A DNA stretch of 64,000 nucleotides from positions 28,690 through 92,689 of the IMG/VR virus record IMGVR_UViG_3300046492_000237; one strand, written 5' to 3'. The notes under the pieces are model-generated. The model had not been told where the DNA came from and ran no database searches. It worked only from the letters and a program-made list of their open reading frames with translations. Shown in pieces: positions 10,885 through 20,202 of this stretch. The DNA comes from a virus. Numbering within the stretch: the stretch's first letter is position 1; every line of letters starts with the position of its first letter. The translations under genes and the position numbers were made by a program.

Positions 10885-11880
10885 ATGGCAAACCAACCGG
10901 AAGTCGCCGTCTACGACAGTGGCGTATACCAGATCGAGGTTTCCGACCCGGTAGATGGTGGCGTCGGCGCGAAAACGAACGCACCGCTGCTGGCGCTGGC
11001 GAACCGTACCGCGTACCTGAAAGCGCACCTTGACGCTATCGAGGGCGGCACCTTCCTTCTGCCCGGCTATGCGCAACTTGATTCGCCAGCCCTGATCAAC
11101 TCGCCAACCGCACCGACTCAAGCTGCTGGCGACAACTCGACCAAGATCGCAACCGATGCGTTCGTGCAGACGGCTGTCAACGGATCGGTAAGCGTCAGCG
11201 TCGCTGGCGGCACAACTACCACGCTGACCCAAGCACAATTTGGTGCTTCGAGCATCGTGTTGACTGGCGCGGTCACAGCAAACAAGGCAGTCGTTTTGCC
11301 TGACGGCCCGCGACGCTGGCTGATCACCAACAACACTACCGGCGCGTTCACAATCACGCTGAAAACAGCGGCCGGCACCGGCGTCTTGGTCACCCAAGGA
11401 AAGACCACGCTTGTATTCGCCGACGGGACCAATGTCCGTTTGCAGCAGAGCGACTTTATCAGTCCTGCTTTGCTGGGAACGCCAACCGCGCCAACTGCGG
11501 CCCCGGGCACCAGCACCACGCAACTGGCGACCACCGAGTTCGTCACACTGGTGCAGGGCCTGTCGGTTCCGCAGGACAGCTCGGTTGGTGCCGCTCAATT
11601 GCCTACCGGCACCAGCGCTCAGCGTCCAGCCAACGGCCCCGGCAAGCTGCGCTTCAACTCCGATATTAATCGTCCTGAAATCAATAACGGAGCGGCGTGG
11701 GGATCGCTTGGTGGTGCAACTGGCGGCGGCAACGACGCGGTGTTCTATCTGAACGATCAGACCATCAATAACGACTACACCGTCGCCGGAAATCAGAACG
11801 CAATGACTGCCGGCCCTATCGCCATCGCCAACGGCAAGACTGTCACGGTTTCGACCGGTGCCGTCTGGACCGTGGTTTAA
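10885..11880 (+). CDS. Tail fibre protein
   Basis: LALANRTAYLK N-terminal anchor; two SPAL.G/SPTAPT..T.IAT repeats. Confidence 0.85.
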   Translation: MANQPEVAVYDSGVYQIEVSDPVDGGVGAKTNAPLLALANRTAYLKAHLDAIEGGTFLLPGYAQLDSPALINSPTAPTQAAGDNSTKIATDAFVQTAVNGSVSVSVAGGTTTTLTQAQFGASSIVLTGAVTANKAVVLPDGPRRWLITNNTTGAFTITLKTAAGTGVLVTQGKTTLVFADGTNVRLQQSDFISPALLGTPTAPTAAPGTSTTQLATTEFVTLVQGLSVPQDSSVGAAQLPTGTSAQRPANGPGKLRFNSDINRPEINNGAAWGSLGGATGGGNDAVFYLNDQTINNDYTVAGNQNAMTAGPIAIANGKTVTVSTGAVWTVV

Positions 11881-11891
11881 GGAGTCTGTAA

Positions 11892-12302
11892 ATGAGCATT
11901 ACCATTCCGGGCACCGGGCCAATGACGCTTCCGTCTGCCAGTGCTCTGGCCGCGAGCCCGGCAACAGGCGATCGTTCTGCAGCCATTGCCACCATGCAAA
12001 AATTCGCTGATGAGTTCCCTGCCAGCTTAGCTTCAAACGGATATCAAAAGCTGCCAAATGGATTGATTATTCAATGGGGGCTTAGCTCAACATCATCCGC
12101 AGGAACTAACACGATCAGCCTTCCTACTGCATTCAGTAATACTGGCTATAGAATTAGTTGCAGTCCATTAGACGTCTCTGTTCCGAATAATGTTTCGTGC
12201 TCGCCAAACAGCACAACTGCATTCAACTCATCTGGATGGGGCCCTACAGCTTCTAATGCGAGAGTTACAACATCGTTTACGTGGATTGCCATCGGCTACT
12301 AA
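11892..12302 (+). CDS. Fibre-tip protein (gp53-like QKLPxGLIIQWG domain)
   Basis: NGYQKLPNGLIIQWG..WIAIGY. Confidence 0.75.
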   Translation: MSITIPGTGPMTLPSASALAASPATGDRSAAIATMQKFADEFPASLASNGYQKLPNGLIIQWGLSSTSSAGTNTISLPTAFSNTGYRISCSPLDVSVPNNVSCSPNSTTAFNSSGWGPTASNARVTTSFTWIAIGY

Positions 12303-12311
12303 GGATCACTC

Positions 12312-12776
12312 ATGAGCACAGCAAAAGTAAACCGCTTGCAGCTCGGCCAGTCCGGCACTGCAACGCAGAACTTCACCCTGACAGCTGAAGCTGCTGACGG
12401 GACGATGAAGCTGGCGCGTGGTGTGGCGGGCGGGACCACTCAGGACATCATGATAATCAATGCTGCTGGCGAGGTTGATTTTCCTCAGCTTGTGCGACTG
12501 TATGGCGTAAGCGGATATCAAAAACTTCCGGGCGGTCTCATCGTTCAATGGGGGCCAACGCCAACGACAACGCCGGGCGGCGGATCTTTTGTTGTCACAT
12601 ACCCGATCATTTTTCCGAACGGCTTCCTTTCCGTCATTGCGCAAGGCGGCGCGACCAGCGCTGCATCCATTCCATATTCTGGTTTGGACGTTTCAGCAAG
12701 CCCCCGGACAAACTTCAGATTCTGGGTTGCAAGCAATGGCGCGCTACCCGGTAACTACATTGCACTCGGCTTCTAA
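12312..12776 (+). CDS. Fibre-tip protein (gp53-like domain)
   Basis: SGYQKLPGGLIVQWG..YIALGF. Confidence 0.75.
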   Translation: MSTAKVNRLQLGQSGTATQNFTLTAEAADGTMKLARGVAGGTTQDIMIINAAGEVDFPQLVRLYGVSGYQKLPGGLIVQWGPTPTTTPGGGSFVVTYPIIFPNGFLSVIAQGGATSAASIPYSGLDVSASPRTNFRFWVASNGALPGNYIALGF

Positions 12777-12791
12777 AATCAGGAGAAAATC

Positions 12792-13130
12792 ATGTTCGCT
12801 TCAATTTCCGCCCGTGGGTTCTTCGACCCAGAGATTCATACCTCGATGCCGAATGACGCGATCGAGATGCCTGAAGGCCTTCACGCAACCCTGATGAACG
12901 GCCAGTCCGAAGGCAAGATCATTACATGGGGAAAGGAAGGCCTTCCGTACCTCGCTGAGCGCCCAGCGCTGACAACCGACGAGCTGAATACCATCGCGCT
13001 TTCCAGCCGTGAAACAGCATATCGCCTCGAAGCAGATCCACTGTTTTTCCAAGTCCAGCGTGGCGACGTCGAGAATCAGGTCTGGCTCGACAAGATCGCT
13101 GAAATCAAAGCCCGCTATCCGAAGGTGTAA
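12792..13130 (+). CDS. Tail fibre assembly chaperone
   Basis: GFFDPEIH..MPNDAIE..GQSEGKII and EADPLFF..EIKARYP motifs. Confidence 0.75.
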   Translation: MFASISARGFFDPEIHTSMPNDAIEMPEGLHATLMNGQSEGKIITWGKEGLPYLAERPALTTDELNTIALSSRETAYRLEADPLFFQVQRGDVENQVWLDKIAEIKARYPKV

Positions 13131-13132
13131 CC

Positions 13133-13564
13133 ATGTCCGTCTCTCTACGTGCTGACAACGGCGGCGCAACCGGCGCCCTGCAGCTGAATGGCTCTGACAA
13201 GCTGGTGCTCAATGCCGATGGCACGATTAGCGGCACGGTTAACCCAGCAACAGGCCTGCGCAGCATGGCGCTGGCTACCATGCAAAAATTTGCGGATGAG
13301 TTTGGAGCGTTACAGCAGAATACCGGATGGCAAAAGCTTCCAAGCGGTCTGATTATCCAATGGGGTTTTTCAACTCCGGCTGGTGCTGGTGTGATTGCCG
13401 CTGTAACTCTTCCAGTTGCTTATCCTAACGCACATCTTGTTGCTATGGGATCATCTTCCAATAACGTTGGATATGCTGGAGCAACAAAAATCAATACATC
13501 CCAAATTGGCGTGTTTGGAAGTCAAGCGACCAATAACGTTTTCTGGATGTCGATCGGTTTTTAA
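13133..13564 (+). CDS. Fibre-tip protein (gp53-like domain)
   Basis: GWQKLPSGLIIQWG..WMSIGF. Confidence 0.75.
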   Translation: MSVSLRADNGGATGALQLNGSDKLVLNADGTISGTVNPATGLRSMALATMQKFADEFGALQQNTGWQKLPSGLIIQWGFSTPAGAGVIAAVTLPVAYPNAHLVAMGSSSNNVGYAGATKINTSQIGVFGSQATNNVFWMSIGF

Positions 13565-13574
13565 TAGAAGTAGC

Positions 13575-13590
13575 GTCGTGATGCCACCAT
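13575..13590 (+). promoter_or_regulatory. Putative late promoter GTCGTGAT-GC-CACCAT
   Basis: Intergenic motif copy upstream of the lysis cassette. Confidence 0.55.
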
Positions 13591-13622
13591 CCGCTTAGTC
13601 AACCAACTAAGCGGATTTTTTC

Positions 13623-13931
13623 ATGACTCCATTCCGTCGCATCAAAGCCCTTGTCGATACGTCGGCGTGGATCCTGATCGCCCCCTCTCTGCTCGCCCTG
13701 TTCTACATCGACGAGTCGATGCTCACCACGCTGGTGCAATGGCTGGTGTTCGCTCCGGTGCTGGCCGGCGTAGCTGTCATCGTCAGCCGCATCGTTTTCC
13801 CGCAGATCCATTTGACCGCCTTGGTCAACGAGGCGCTGCGCGGTAACCGTGCCGCTGCGACCGTGGCTGGCGCTCTGGTGATCTTTGTCGCCATTCTGGT
13901 GCTGGCGCTTGCTATCTGGTCGCGCGCCTGA
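13623..13931 (+). CDS. Putative holin
   Basis: 102 aa with three hydrophobic segments, directly before the endolysin. Confidence 0.65.
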   Translation: MTPFRRIKALVDTSAWILIAPSLLALFYIDESMLTTLVQWLVFAPVLAGVAVIVSRIVFPQIHLTALVNEALRGNRAAATVAGALVIFVAILVLALAIWSRA

Positions 13932-14629
13932 TGAGCCGCTTCCTGATCGCCCTGCTGGTGCTGCTATCAGTGCCGGCTGCCGCTGAATCCGTCCCTGCGC
14001 GCGCTGAGATCTACCTGCCGACTCTGGTTGGCGCTCAGCGCTCGATCTGGCCGGACGCCCCAACCCCGTCGTTTCTGGCGGGGCAGGTCGAACAGGAATC
14101 GTGCATCACGCTCAAGCATTCCAAATGCTGGAACCCTACCGCGCAGCTGAAGACCTCTCGCGAGTGGGGGCGTGGCCTTGGTCAGGTCACCACGGCTTAT
14201 CGCGCCGACGGCACCATTCGCTTCGATAAGCAGGAGGAGTTGCGGCAGCAGTTCCCGTCGCTTCGCGGATGGACCACGGCAAGATGGGCAGACGCCACCT
14301 TCCAGATGACCGCCATCGTCGAGATGGACAAGTCGATTTACACCCGGCAACGCGATGCGGCCACGCCCCGTGATCGTCTGGCGTTCACTCTGTCCGCCTA
14401 CAACGGCGGCGAGGGGGGCGTTCTTCAGGATCGCCGGCTTTGCGCCAACACAAAGGGCTGCGACCCGACGCGATGGGCTGGCCACGTCGAGCGCACCAGC
14501 TTGAAGAACAAGGTTGCCAGCGCCGGCTACGGAAAATCATTTTTCGAGATCAATCGCGAGTACGTCACCAACATCCTTGATGTCAGGCGGCACAAATATG
14601 AACCCTACTTTCAGGGCGAGCCTAAATGA
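13931..14629 (+). CDS. Endolysin, lytic transglycosylase with N-terminal signal peptide
   Basis: QVEQES, GLGQ and SAYNGG SLT motifs; MSRFLIALLVLLSVPAAA-ES signal. Confidence 0.85.
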   Translation: MSRFLIALLVLLSVPAAAESVPARAEIYLPTLVGAQRSIWPDAPTPSFLAGQVEQESCITLKHSKCWNPTAQLKTSREWGRGLGQVTTAYRADGTIRFDKQEELRQQFPSLRGWTTARWADATFQMTAIVEMDKSIYTRQRDAATPRDRLAFTLSAYNGGEGGVLQDRRLCANTKGCDPTRWAGHVERTSLKNKVASAGYGKSFFEINREYVTNILDVRRHKYEPYFQGEPK

Positions 14630-14853
14630 ATCCAGTACAACGTGATGAATTTCGAGAACTCGAGATCACGGTGCAGCAAATGGACGGCAACGTAATCCGC
14701 TTGCAAGAGCAGGTGAAGTCGATGCAAAAAACCATTGAAGACTTGGTGTCGCGCGCAGAATTCGCGCCGGTCAAACTGATCGCCTACGGACTGGCCACCG
14801 CCGTCGGCTCATCGGTCATTTTCGCCATCTTGGCCAAGGTGATTATCAAATGA
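14626..14853 (+). CDS. Small coiled-coil plus transmembrane protein in the lysis cassette
   Basis: Overlapping start/stop with neighbours; C-terminal hydrophobic helix. Confidence 0.55.
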   Translation: MNPVQRDEFRELEITVQQMDGNVIRLQEQVKSMQKTIEDLVSRAEFAPVKLIAYGLATAVGSSVIFAILAKVIIK

Positions 14854-15320
14854 CAGTTCGCATGGCTTTCCGCGATCGCGCCTTCCTGTTCGTCAGCATG
14901 TATCTGGCAGCCCTGTTCATCTCGCTGGCGCTGCTGGGCTGGCTGGTGTTCATTGGCGGAAACCCGCTCACTGTCAAGAATTACGGCGCCGTCAGCTCGA
15001 CCGGCTTCCCCAACGACCGCTTCCACGCGGGCGACGTGGCCGGCATCAAGCGCCAGCTGTGCGCTGACAAGGATATGGCCATCCAGCTGTTTCCCGCCCT
15101 GAAAGATTCTCGCGGCTTCCTGTTCCCCCTGCCGGTTACCATGAGCGAGACCATGTCCGGCTGCCATGACAACATTTACGGTTTCGTCATCCCCAACCTC
15201 CCCGCCGGTGAATACACCTACGTCAGCACTATCCGGTTCCAAAACAACTTGGTTGGGCGGGACGAGGCAACGACCTTCCCGCCCATCCGAGTGAGGATCA
15301 TGTATGAGCGCAATAACTGA
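14850..15320 (+). CDS. Membrane-anchored periplasmic protein in the lysis cassette
   Basis: N-terminal TM helix followed by a beta-rich domain with two Cys. Confidence 0.55.
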   Translation: MTVRMAFRDRAFLFVSMYLAALFISLALLGWLVFIGGNPLTVKNYGAVSSTGFPNDRFHAGDVAGIKRQLCADKDMAIQLFPALKDSRGFLFPLPVTMSETMSGCHDNIYGFVIPNLPAGEYTYVSTIRFQNNLVGRDEATTFPPIRVRIMYERNN

Positions 15321-15738
15321 CATCGCCCTCGGCACTGCATCGAGCGCCACGAAAAAAGCAATCCTGCCATGGCTGATTTTGGCGGGGGTCATGGCCCTTG
15401 GTGCGTCCGGCGCGTCCGGCATGTACGCCGGGTATGAGATCGCCACCGCTCGGCATGCCGATGATCAAAAAAAGCTGTTACAGGCATCGGCCGACACGGC
15501 GGATGCGCTGAAAGAAGCGCTGAAAGAAGCGCGGCAGCGTGGTGATGACGCGACCGGCGTGTTCCTCGAGGAGTTGCGCGGGATGCGGGTGGTGAACACC
15601 ACTATCAACAAGGAGGTGCAGACCGAAGTGCAGAAGCTGGTCTACACCGACTGCGTGCTGCCAGACAGCGGCGTCGAGCTCCTGCAGCGGCACGTCGATA
15701 TGGTCAACATGAGGCTTCTGGAGAGCGACAAAAAATGA
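15304..15738 (+). CDS. Inner-membrane spanin (Rz-like)
   Basis: TM helix, coiled coil and a C-terminal Cys; precedes a lipoprotein gene. Confidence 0.7.
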   Translation: MSAITDIALGTASSATKKAILPWLILAGVMALGASGASGMYAGYEIATARHADDQKKLLQASADTADALKEALKEARQRGDDATGVFLEELRGMRVVNTTINKEVQTEVQKLVYTDCVLPDSGVELLQRHVDMVNMRLLESDKK

Positions 15739-15992
15739 AAGGCATTCTGATTTTGGCGGTACTGCTGCTGGCTGGCTGCGGGACCACTTACGAGGTACGG
15801 GTCGCCGGGGATGTAGCAAAACTCGACCCGGCATCCGCTGAAGTGTGTGAGCCCGTACCGACCTCGCCGGTTAAGGGGAAAGCCAGCATGGGCGAGCTGT
15901 ACACCTTTTCCGACAAGATGATCGCGCTCTATGGCGAATGCGCTCTGCGCGATCGAGGAAAGCTCCGCTGGATCAAATCGCAGGGTCACTGA
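15735..15992 (+). CDS. Outer-membrane spanin lipoprotein (Rz1-like)
   Basis: Lipobox LLAGC; Pro/Cys-containing C-terminus (YGECALR). Confidence 0.8.
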   Translation: MKGILILAVLLLAGCGTTYEVRVAGDVAKLDPASAEVCEPVPTSPVKGKASMGELYTFSDKMIALYGECALRDRGKLRWIKSQGH

Positions 15993-16222
15993 CGGCGCAA
16001 GTGCTTCCCGGCCGCCTCAAGGCCTGCCTTGCACTCAACGCAGATCGTGTAGCCGTATTCGCGGCGCTTGCCCTGCATCGGGTTGTCGCATTCTTCGGTG
16101 GTGCAAATCTCCGGGCCGTAGCCTTTTTCGCCCGGTTTGTACGTTGGTTCTGGCGTGCGCGTCCGGTTGTTGCGCGTCCATTCTTCCAGCTCGACAGCCT
16201 GTGCATGATCTTCGTTTGACAT
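15986..16222 (-). CDS. TraR/DksA-like C4 zinc-finger protein
   Basis: EDHAQ..ELE acidic N-terminus; C-x4-C..P..RR..G.TICVEC. Confidence 0.75.
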   Translation of the reverse strand: MSNEDHAQAVELEEWTRNNRTRTPEPTYKPGEKGYGPEICTTEECDNPMQGKRREYGYTICVECKAGLEAAGKHLRRQ

Positions 16223-16290
16223 AAATCCTACTCAAAAAGAGACGCCGGGGATCCGACGTCTTGGTTTATTCAGTTTGCTGTCACGCCGAA

Positions 16291-17589
16291 TCAGGCGACC
16301 AGCGCTGGCGACCATGGGGTATGGTTTCCGAAAAGTGCTGCATCCAGCCACGTCGACCACTTACCCATCGCCTCTTTCATCTGGGGCAGGTAGTCGGCCC
16401 GGTCGTAATTCTTCGAGCCGGTGTCACTCTTGGCGTGCTGCTGGATCAGATCGCGGGTGAAGCGCTCGACACCGGCATCATGCGTGCGAGACTTCCACGT
16501 CCGGCGAAGATCTCGCGTCTGGAAATGGGCGACCGTCACACCGTCGCTGTCCAGCCAGCGCGATATCGCCTGATTGACACTGCGATGGTCGATCAGAGCC
16601 GATTGGCTTCCGCCACGGGCTGGGAACAAAGGCCCGTCGCCATGGACCGCAATCAGGTCGCGCAGCACCTCAACGACCTGTGACGGCAGCGGGATGATGT
16701 GCTGGTGCTTGCGTCCTTTGGTCTTGTGCGCTGGCATTTTCCACAACCCGGCGTCGAGGTCGATATCGGCACCGTCAATGCGCAAGGTTTCCTGCACGCG
16801 CTGGCCACATCCGATCAGCACGCGGATGCATGCGGCGATCTCGGCGGCGAACCCGGCGGTGCCGGTGGCTTCCCACAACAGACGCAGCTCTGGCCCGGAC
16901 AGGTTGCGGTCGCGAGTGTTGATCGCCCCGGCATCCTTGGCCACGTCAGACGCAGGGTTGCGCTCAACGCCCCAGTCCTGCCGCTCTTTCGCGGTGTAGT
17001 CGTTCGCCGACTTCATCGCCCAGCTGTATGCGGAGGCGATATAGCTTCGCGCCTTGTCAGCGGCGCCGCGATGTCCAGCGCTGAAGAACGTCGACACGTA
17101 GTTGACCACGTCCATCGGCGTCGGCTCGGAGGCGGCTCGATCGCGGCCAAGGGCATCAGCAGCGTTGTTGGCTGCCAGTAGCAGCACACGCTCGACCTCA
17201 TCAGCGCTCACCTTACCCTTCGCACGCATGCTGGCGATGTAAGCCTCGAACATCAGGCCAACGGTCGCCCTGAGCTGCGCAGGCTCGCTCCTGACTGGCT
17301 TGCGGTCTGCTGTCGGGTCCTGACCTTCCGCAACCTTCGCAAACTCCTTGCGCGCCAGCTCGCGAGCCTTGTCCGGCGTCAGGTCGGTGCAGCGCGCCAA
17401 TGTCAGCTTGCGCTGGGTGCGGGCTGCATCCTTTGTGCGGTAGCGGATCACGTATGTTTTGCGGCCGCTGGCTTGAGTGCGAACGCCGAAGCCTTCCAGC
17501 TCGCTATCCCACAACCAGCTATCACCCTTTTCAGGGGTTGGCGCATTATCAACGATCGTCTTGGTCAGTTTAGGCATGATAAACCCCAC
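16291..17589 (-). CDS. int: Tyrosine integrase with Arm DNA-binding domain
   Basis: WDSELEGFGVR arm domain; catalytic GQR, K, RDLRR, QH and NYDR; start may be the ATG at 17577. Confidence 0.92.
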   Translation of the reverse strand: MGFIMPKLTKTIVDNAPTPEKGDSWLWDSELEGFGVRTQASGRKTYVIRYRTKDAARTQRKLTLARCTDLTPDKARELARKEFAKVAEGQDPTADRKPVRSEPAQLRATVGLMFEAYIASMRAKGKVSADEVERVLLLAANNAADALGRDRAASEPTPMDVVNYVSTFFSAGHRGAADKARSYIASAYSWAMKSANDYTAKERQDWGVERNPASDVAKDAGAINTRDRNLSGPELRLLWEATGTAGFAAEIAACIRVLIGCGQRVQETLRIDGADIDLDAGLWKMPAHKTKGRKHQHIIPLPSQVVEVLRDLIAVHGDGPLFPARGGSQSALIDHRSVNQAISRWLDSDGVTVAHFQTRDLRRTWKSRTHDAGVERFTRDLIQQHAKSDTGSKNYDRADYLPQMKEAMGKWSTWLDAALFGNHTPWSPALVA

Positions 17590-17604
17590 TCATTTGCTTG
17601 TGCG

Positions 17605-17622
17605 TTGATCATAAATGATTAA
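17605..17622. promoter_or_regulatory. Palindromic operator TTGATCA-TAAA-TGATTAA upstream of int
   Basis: Matches the repeated TTRMTCA-N4-TGAKYAA family. Confidence 0.7.
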
Positions 17623-17654
17623 CGTGGTTATTGCCAATATTTTTGCCATAGCGC

Positions 17655-17691
17655 AAAAAAGCCACTGAGCCAGATCCCGGCGCAGTGGCTT
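17655..17691 (-). terminator. Intrinsic terminator
   Basis: GCCACTG..CAGTGGC stem followed by a T-tract on the minus strand. Confidence 0.6.
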
Positions 17692-17706
17692 GAGTATTGA
17701 CCAAAT

Positions 17707-18579
17707 TCAGGCCAGTGTTTTTTCAGGATCAAGCCGATCAAGGCGCTCAATTTCAGCGATGATCAACGCGCCGGCTCTTACCAGCTGTTCGCGGCGCGGT
17801 ATTTCTGATTTTTTGGAGGCCCAACCTACACCCGGAACCGAGGATTGCCCCGGCATGGCGTAATCTGCGGCTGCCTGAGCGATCTCGCTATTTGTGTGGC
17901 TGTCGTCATGTTCGCGGCTGTAGCACTTTTCGGAGATCTGGCGAACTCTCTCATTCACCAGATCGCGCCATGGAATCCCCTCGCCATACCGCATCAGGTC
18001 TTGTAGTCGAGCAACCTCATTGTCAGCAGCCTGCGCGGCCTTCTCTGCGCCGCGCACTCGCTCGATCAGCTCAGGCAGCGCATTAACGGCATCGATCGCC
18101 AAGAAGGCATCGCGGCGCTGCAGAAGCGTGCCAATTTTAAGATCGTAGCTCTCTGTGAAGGTTCTTCCCTCGATGCTACCACCAGCCAATCGGCCTTCTT
18201 GCCACTCTCCCGGCTTATGGCAAGCCTGATCGATCATCTTTTCCAGATGAGTGACGATATCGACCTTTTCAGGTGTCAGACCGGCGAAGTGGTCTGGCTT
18301 GATGTCTTGGAACGCCAGAGCCTCAATATCCCGGATCGTATCGATCACGGCTTTGGCTGTTTCCTGCCGCTGAGTGAGCGGCACTGACAGAACCGGAACG
18401 CTGACAGACAGCAGAACCTGAGCAACGCTGGCGATCGCCTCGCGCGGACGGCTACCCTCTGGCCGTAGCCACTGGCCCACGATCTTTCTGATTGCGATAA
18501 TTCCTTCGGCCGTGGTCAATTCCGGCGCAGAAACATCTGATTGAGCATTTTCCACCTGCAATCCCCTTATCCAGAGCAA
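17707..18579 (-). CDS. Mosaic phage hypothetical protein
   Basis: Common phage C-terminal domain ER.RQI...HDD..AA.YA..LVRAGALIIAEIERLDR; start uncertain. Confidence 0.6.
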   Translation of the reverse strand: MLWIRGLQVENAQSDVSAPELTTAEGIIAIRKIVGQWLRPEGSRPREAIASVAQVLLSVSVPVLSVPLTQRQETAKAVIDTIRDIEALAFQDIKPDHFAGLTPEKVDIVTHLEKMIDQACHKPGEWQEGRLAGGSIEGRTFTESYDLKIGTLLQRRDAFLAIDAVNALPELIERVRGAEKAAQAADNEVARLQDLMRYGEGIPWRDLVNERVRQISEKCYSREHDDSHTNSEIAQAAADYAMPGQSSVPGVGWASKKSEIPRREQLVRAGALIIAEIERLDRLDPEKTLA

Positions 18580-18580
18580 T

Positions 18581-18605
18581 AAAAAGCGGGGTACATGACC
18601 CCGCT
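18581..18605 (-). terminator. Intrinsic terminator after the HU gene
   Basis: AGCGGGGT-CATGT-ACCCCGCT-TTTT on the minus strand. Confidence 0.65.
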
Positions 18606-18629
18606 GACAGCATCAGATATCAGTCGATA

Positions 18630-18902
18630 TCAATTCACCGCGTCTTTCAACGCCTTGGCCGGCACAAACTTCAGCGCGACCTTGGCATCGATCACGATCG
18701 CTTCGCCGGTGCGCGGGTTGCGACCGGGACGCTCAGGCTTGTTCGTGGCTTTCAACTTGCCAATCGATGGCAACAGGACTTCGCCATCGGCGCGGAGGCG
18801 CGCGACAGTGTCCGAAAACAACGCATCAAGCACTCGGCCAACAGTAGCCTGTGACTCATTGGTCTTCGTAGCGATGCTGGCGACAAGTGCGAGCTTGCTC
18901 AT
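18630..18902 (-). CDS. HU/IHF-family DNA-binding protein
   Basis: R.GRNPRTGEAI.I.AK...KF.P.KALKDAVN signature. Confidence 0.92.
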   Translation of the reverse strand: MSKLALVASIATKTNESQATVGRVLDALFSDTVARLRADGEVLLPSIGKLKATNKPERPGRNPRTGEAIVIDAKVALKFVPAKALKDAVN

Positions 18903-18926
18903 GGTGTTTCTCCAGTGGGTTGCGGG

Positions 18927-20153
18927 TTAAAAAACGTCTTCTTTGGATGGATCCAACACAGTGGTCGGCTCCGGCTCTTGCTCTGGCTCCACATTGCCAG
19001 CGCCATCCGCAACAACATCAGCGGTATCGGTGCCAGTGGCTGCGGCTTCAGCAGTGGTAGCTGTAGTGACAGCAGCATCAGCGGCCTGATCGACAGCCTT
19101 GGTCATGTCGGCGGACACCTGCTCTTTCGCGGTGGCAGCGTCAGCATCAGAGCCAGCACCAGTTGGCAATGCCTCGTTGGTAGCATCTTTCGGCTGTTCG
19201 CCTTTGGCCTTGTCGGCCTTATCAGCCGCCGTCTGGCGCTTCACCGGTGCAGATTTGGTCGGCGGCGCAGTCTTCGCGGTTGCCGCCAAAGCGTTGCCCG
19301 TCTGCTCAGCTGCTACCTCGGCTTCCGGCGCACCGAAGAACTCGCTCGCTGGCGTACCTTCCTTGAGCGCGGCGTAAACGCCCTGCAGGTTGATCAGTTC
19401 GTCGAGCAGGATGTCGTCAAGCGAGTGACCGAGGTACGTCTCAAGGTGCGAGACCGTGACGCCGTAGCCGCCGAAGACACCAATCATTTTCCGGGCACGA
19501 ACCGCCAAAGGCTCAGTATTCGCCCCGGCGATGGTCTTCTTGCACTCCTCGGACGCGGACTCGATCATCCACTTCGGCATCATCGCCAAGATCCGGCCAC
19601 GCATCTGCTTGCTGGCGACGTTGGCAATGCGGTTGTCGATGTCCTTCTGGTCGCGCAGCTTGCGTGGGCCGTCTTTGGTGTCGATGACGTGCAGGACGGT
19701 CAACTGGCGAATCTGCCGGTTGTTGGTCTGCTTGTCCCATGCGTAGATCTCGACCTCGGAGCGGCCAAAATCACGCGGCTCAGGGCCGGCCTCGGTGCGC
19801 GACAGCTCGCGGTGACCGTATTCGAAGTTGCCATAGACTCGGGCAATTTCCTCGGCAAAGCGGATGCTGAGGCCGGTAACCTTGCTGCCGCCCTGCGGGA
19901 TCGTATAGAACGCCACGTTGGCGAATGCAGGGATTGAGCAAGCCTCTTTCAGCTCCTCGAAAGCCGACATCAGGTTGCGCGGAAAGCGCTTCGCCATGAT
20001 CAGCTGGCCCTGCGCTTCGGCGATGGCCCGTTCCTGCTCGATGGACACCGCACCGGCGTTGATACCTGCAGCCATTGGATGTCGGTTGCCCATGGACAAC
20101 TGATTGCCTTGCTGGGCTGTGCGCTCAATCAGTTCCTGCGTACCTTGCGTCAT
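18927..20153 (-). CDS. Putative single-strand annealing/recombination protein
   Basis: RAIAEAQ..MAKRFPR and G.SIRFAEEIAR motifs; in the RecE-like operon; acidic tail ending EDVF. Confidence 0.55.
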   Translation of the reverse strand: MTQGTQELIERTAQQGNQLSMGNRHPMAAGINAGAVSIEQERAIAEAQGQLIMAKRFPRNLMSAFEELKEACSIPAFANVAFYTIPQGGSKVTGLSIRFAEEIARVYGNFEYGHRELSRTEAGPEPRDFGRSEVEIYAWDKQTNNRQIRQLTVLHVIDTKDGPRKLRDQKDIDNRIANVASKQMRGRILAMMPKWMIESASEECKKTIAGANTEPLAVRARKMIGVFGGYGVTVSHLETYLGHSLDDILLDELINLQGVYAALKEGTPASEFFGAPEAEVAAEQTGNALAATAKTAPPTKSAPVKRQTAADKADKAKGEQPKDATNEALPTGAGSDADAATAKEQVSADMTKAVDQAADAAVTTATTAEAAATGTDTADVVADGAGNVEPEQEPEPTTVLDPSKEDVF

Positions 20154-20202
20154 GAATTGTACCTTTCGTTACTGGTTCGTTAATTGTAAATGATTATGCA
20201 GC

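Noticed and set aside
11892-13564. Diversity-generating retroelement or invertible fibre cassette
   Set aside because: No reverse transcriptase or invertase in the window, all three tip genes are in the same orientation, and paralogue differences are not adenine-specific
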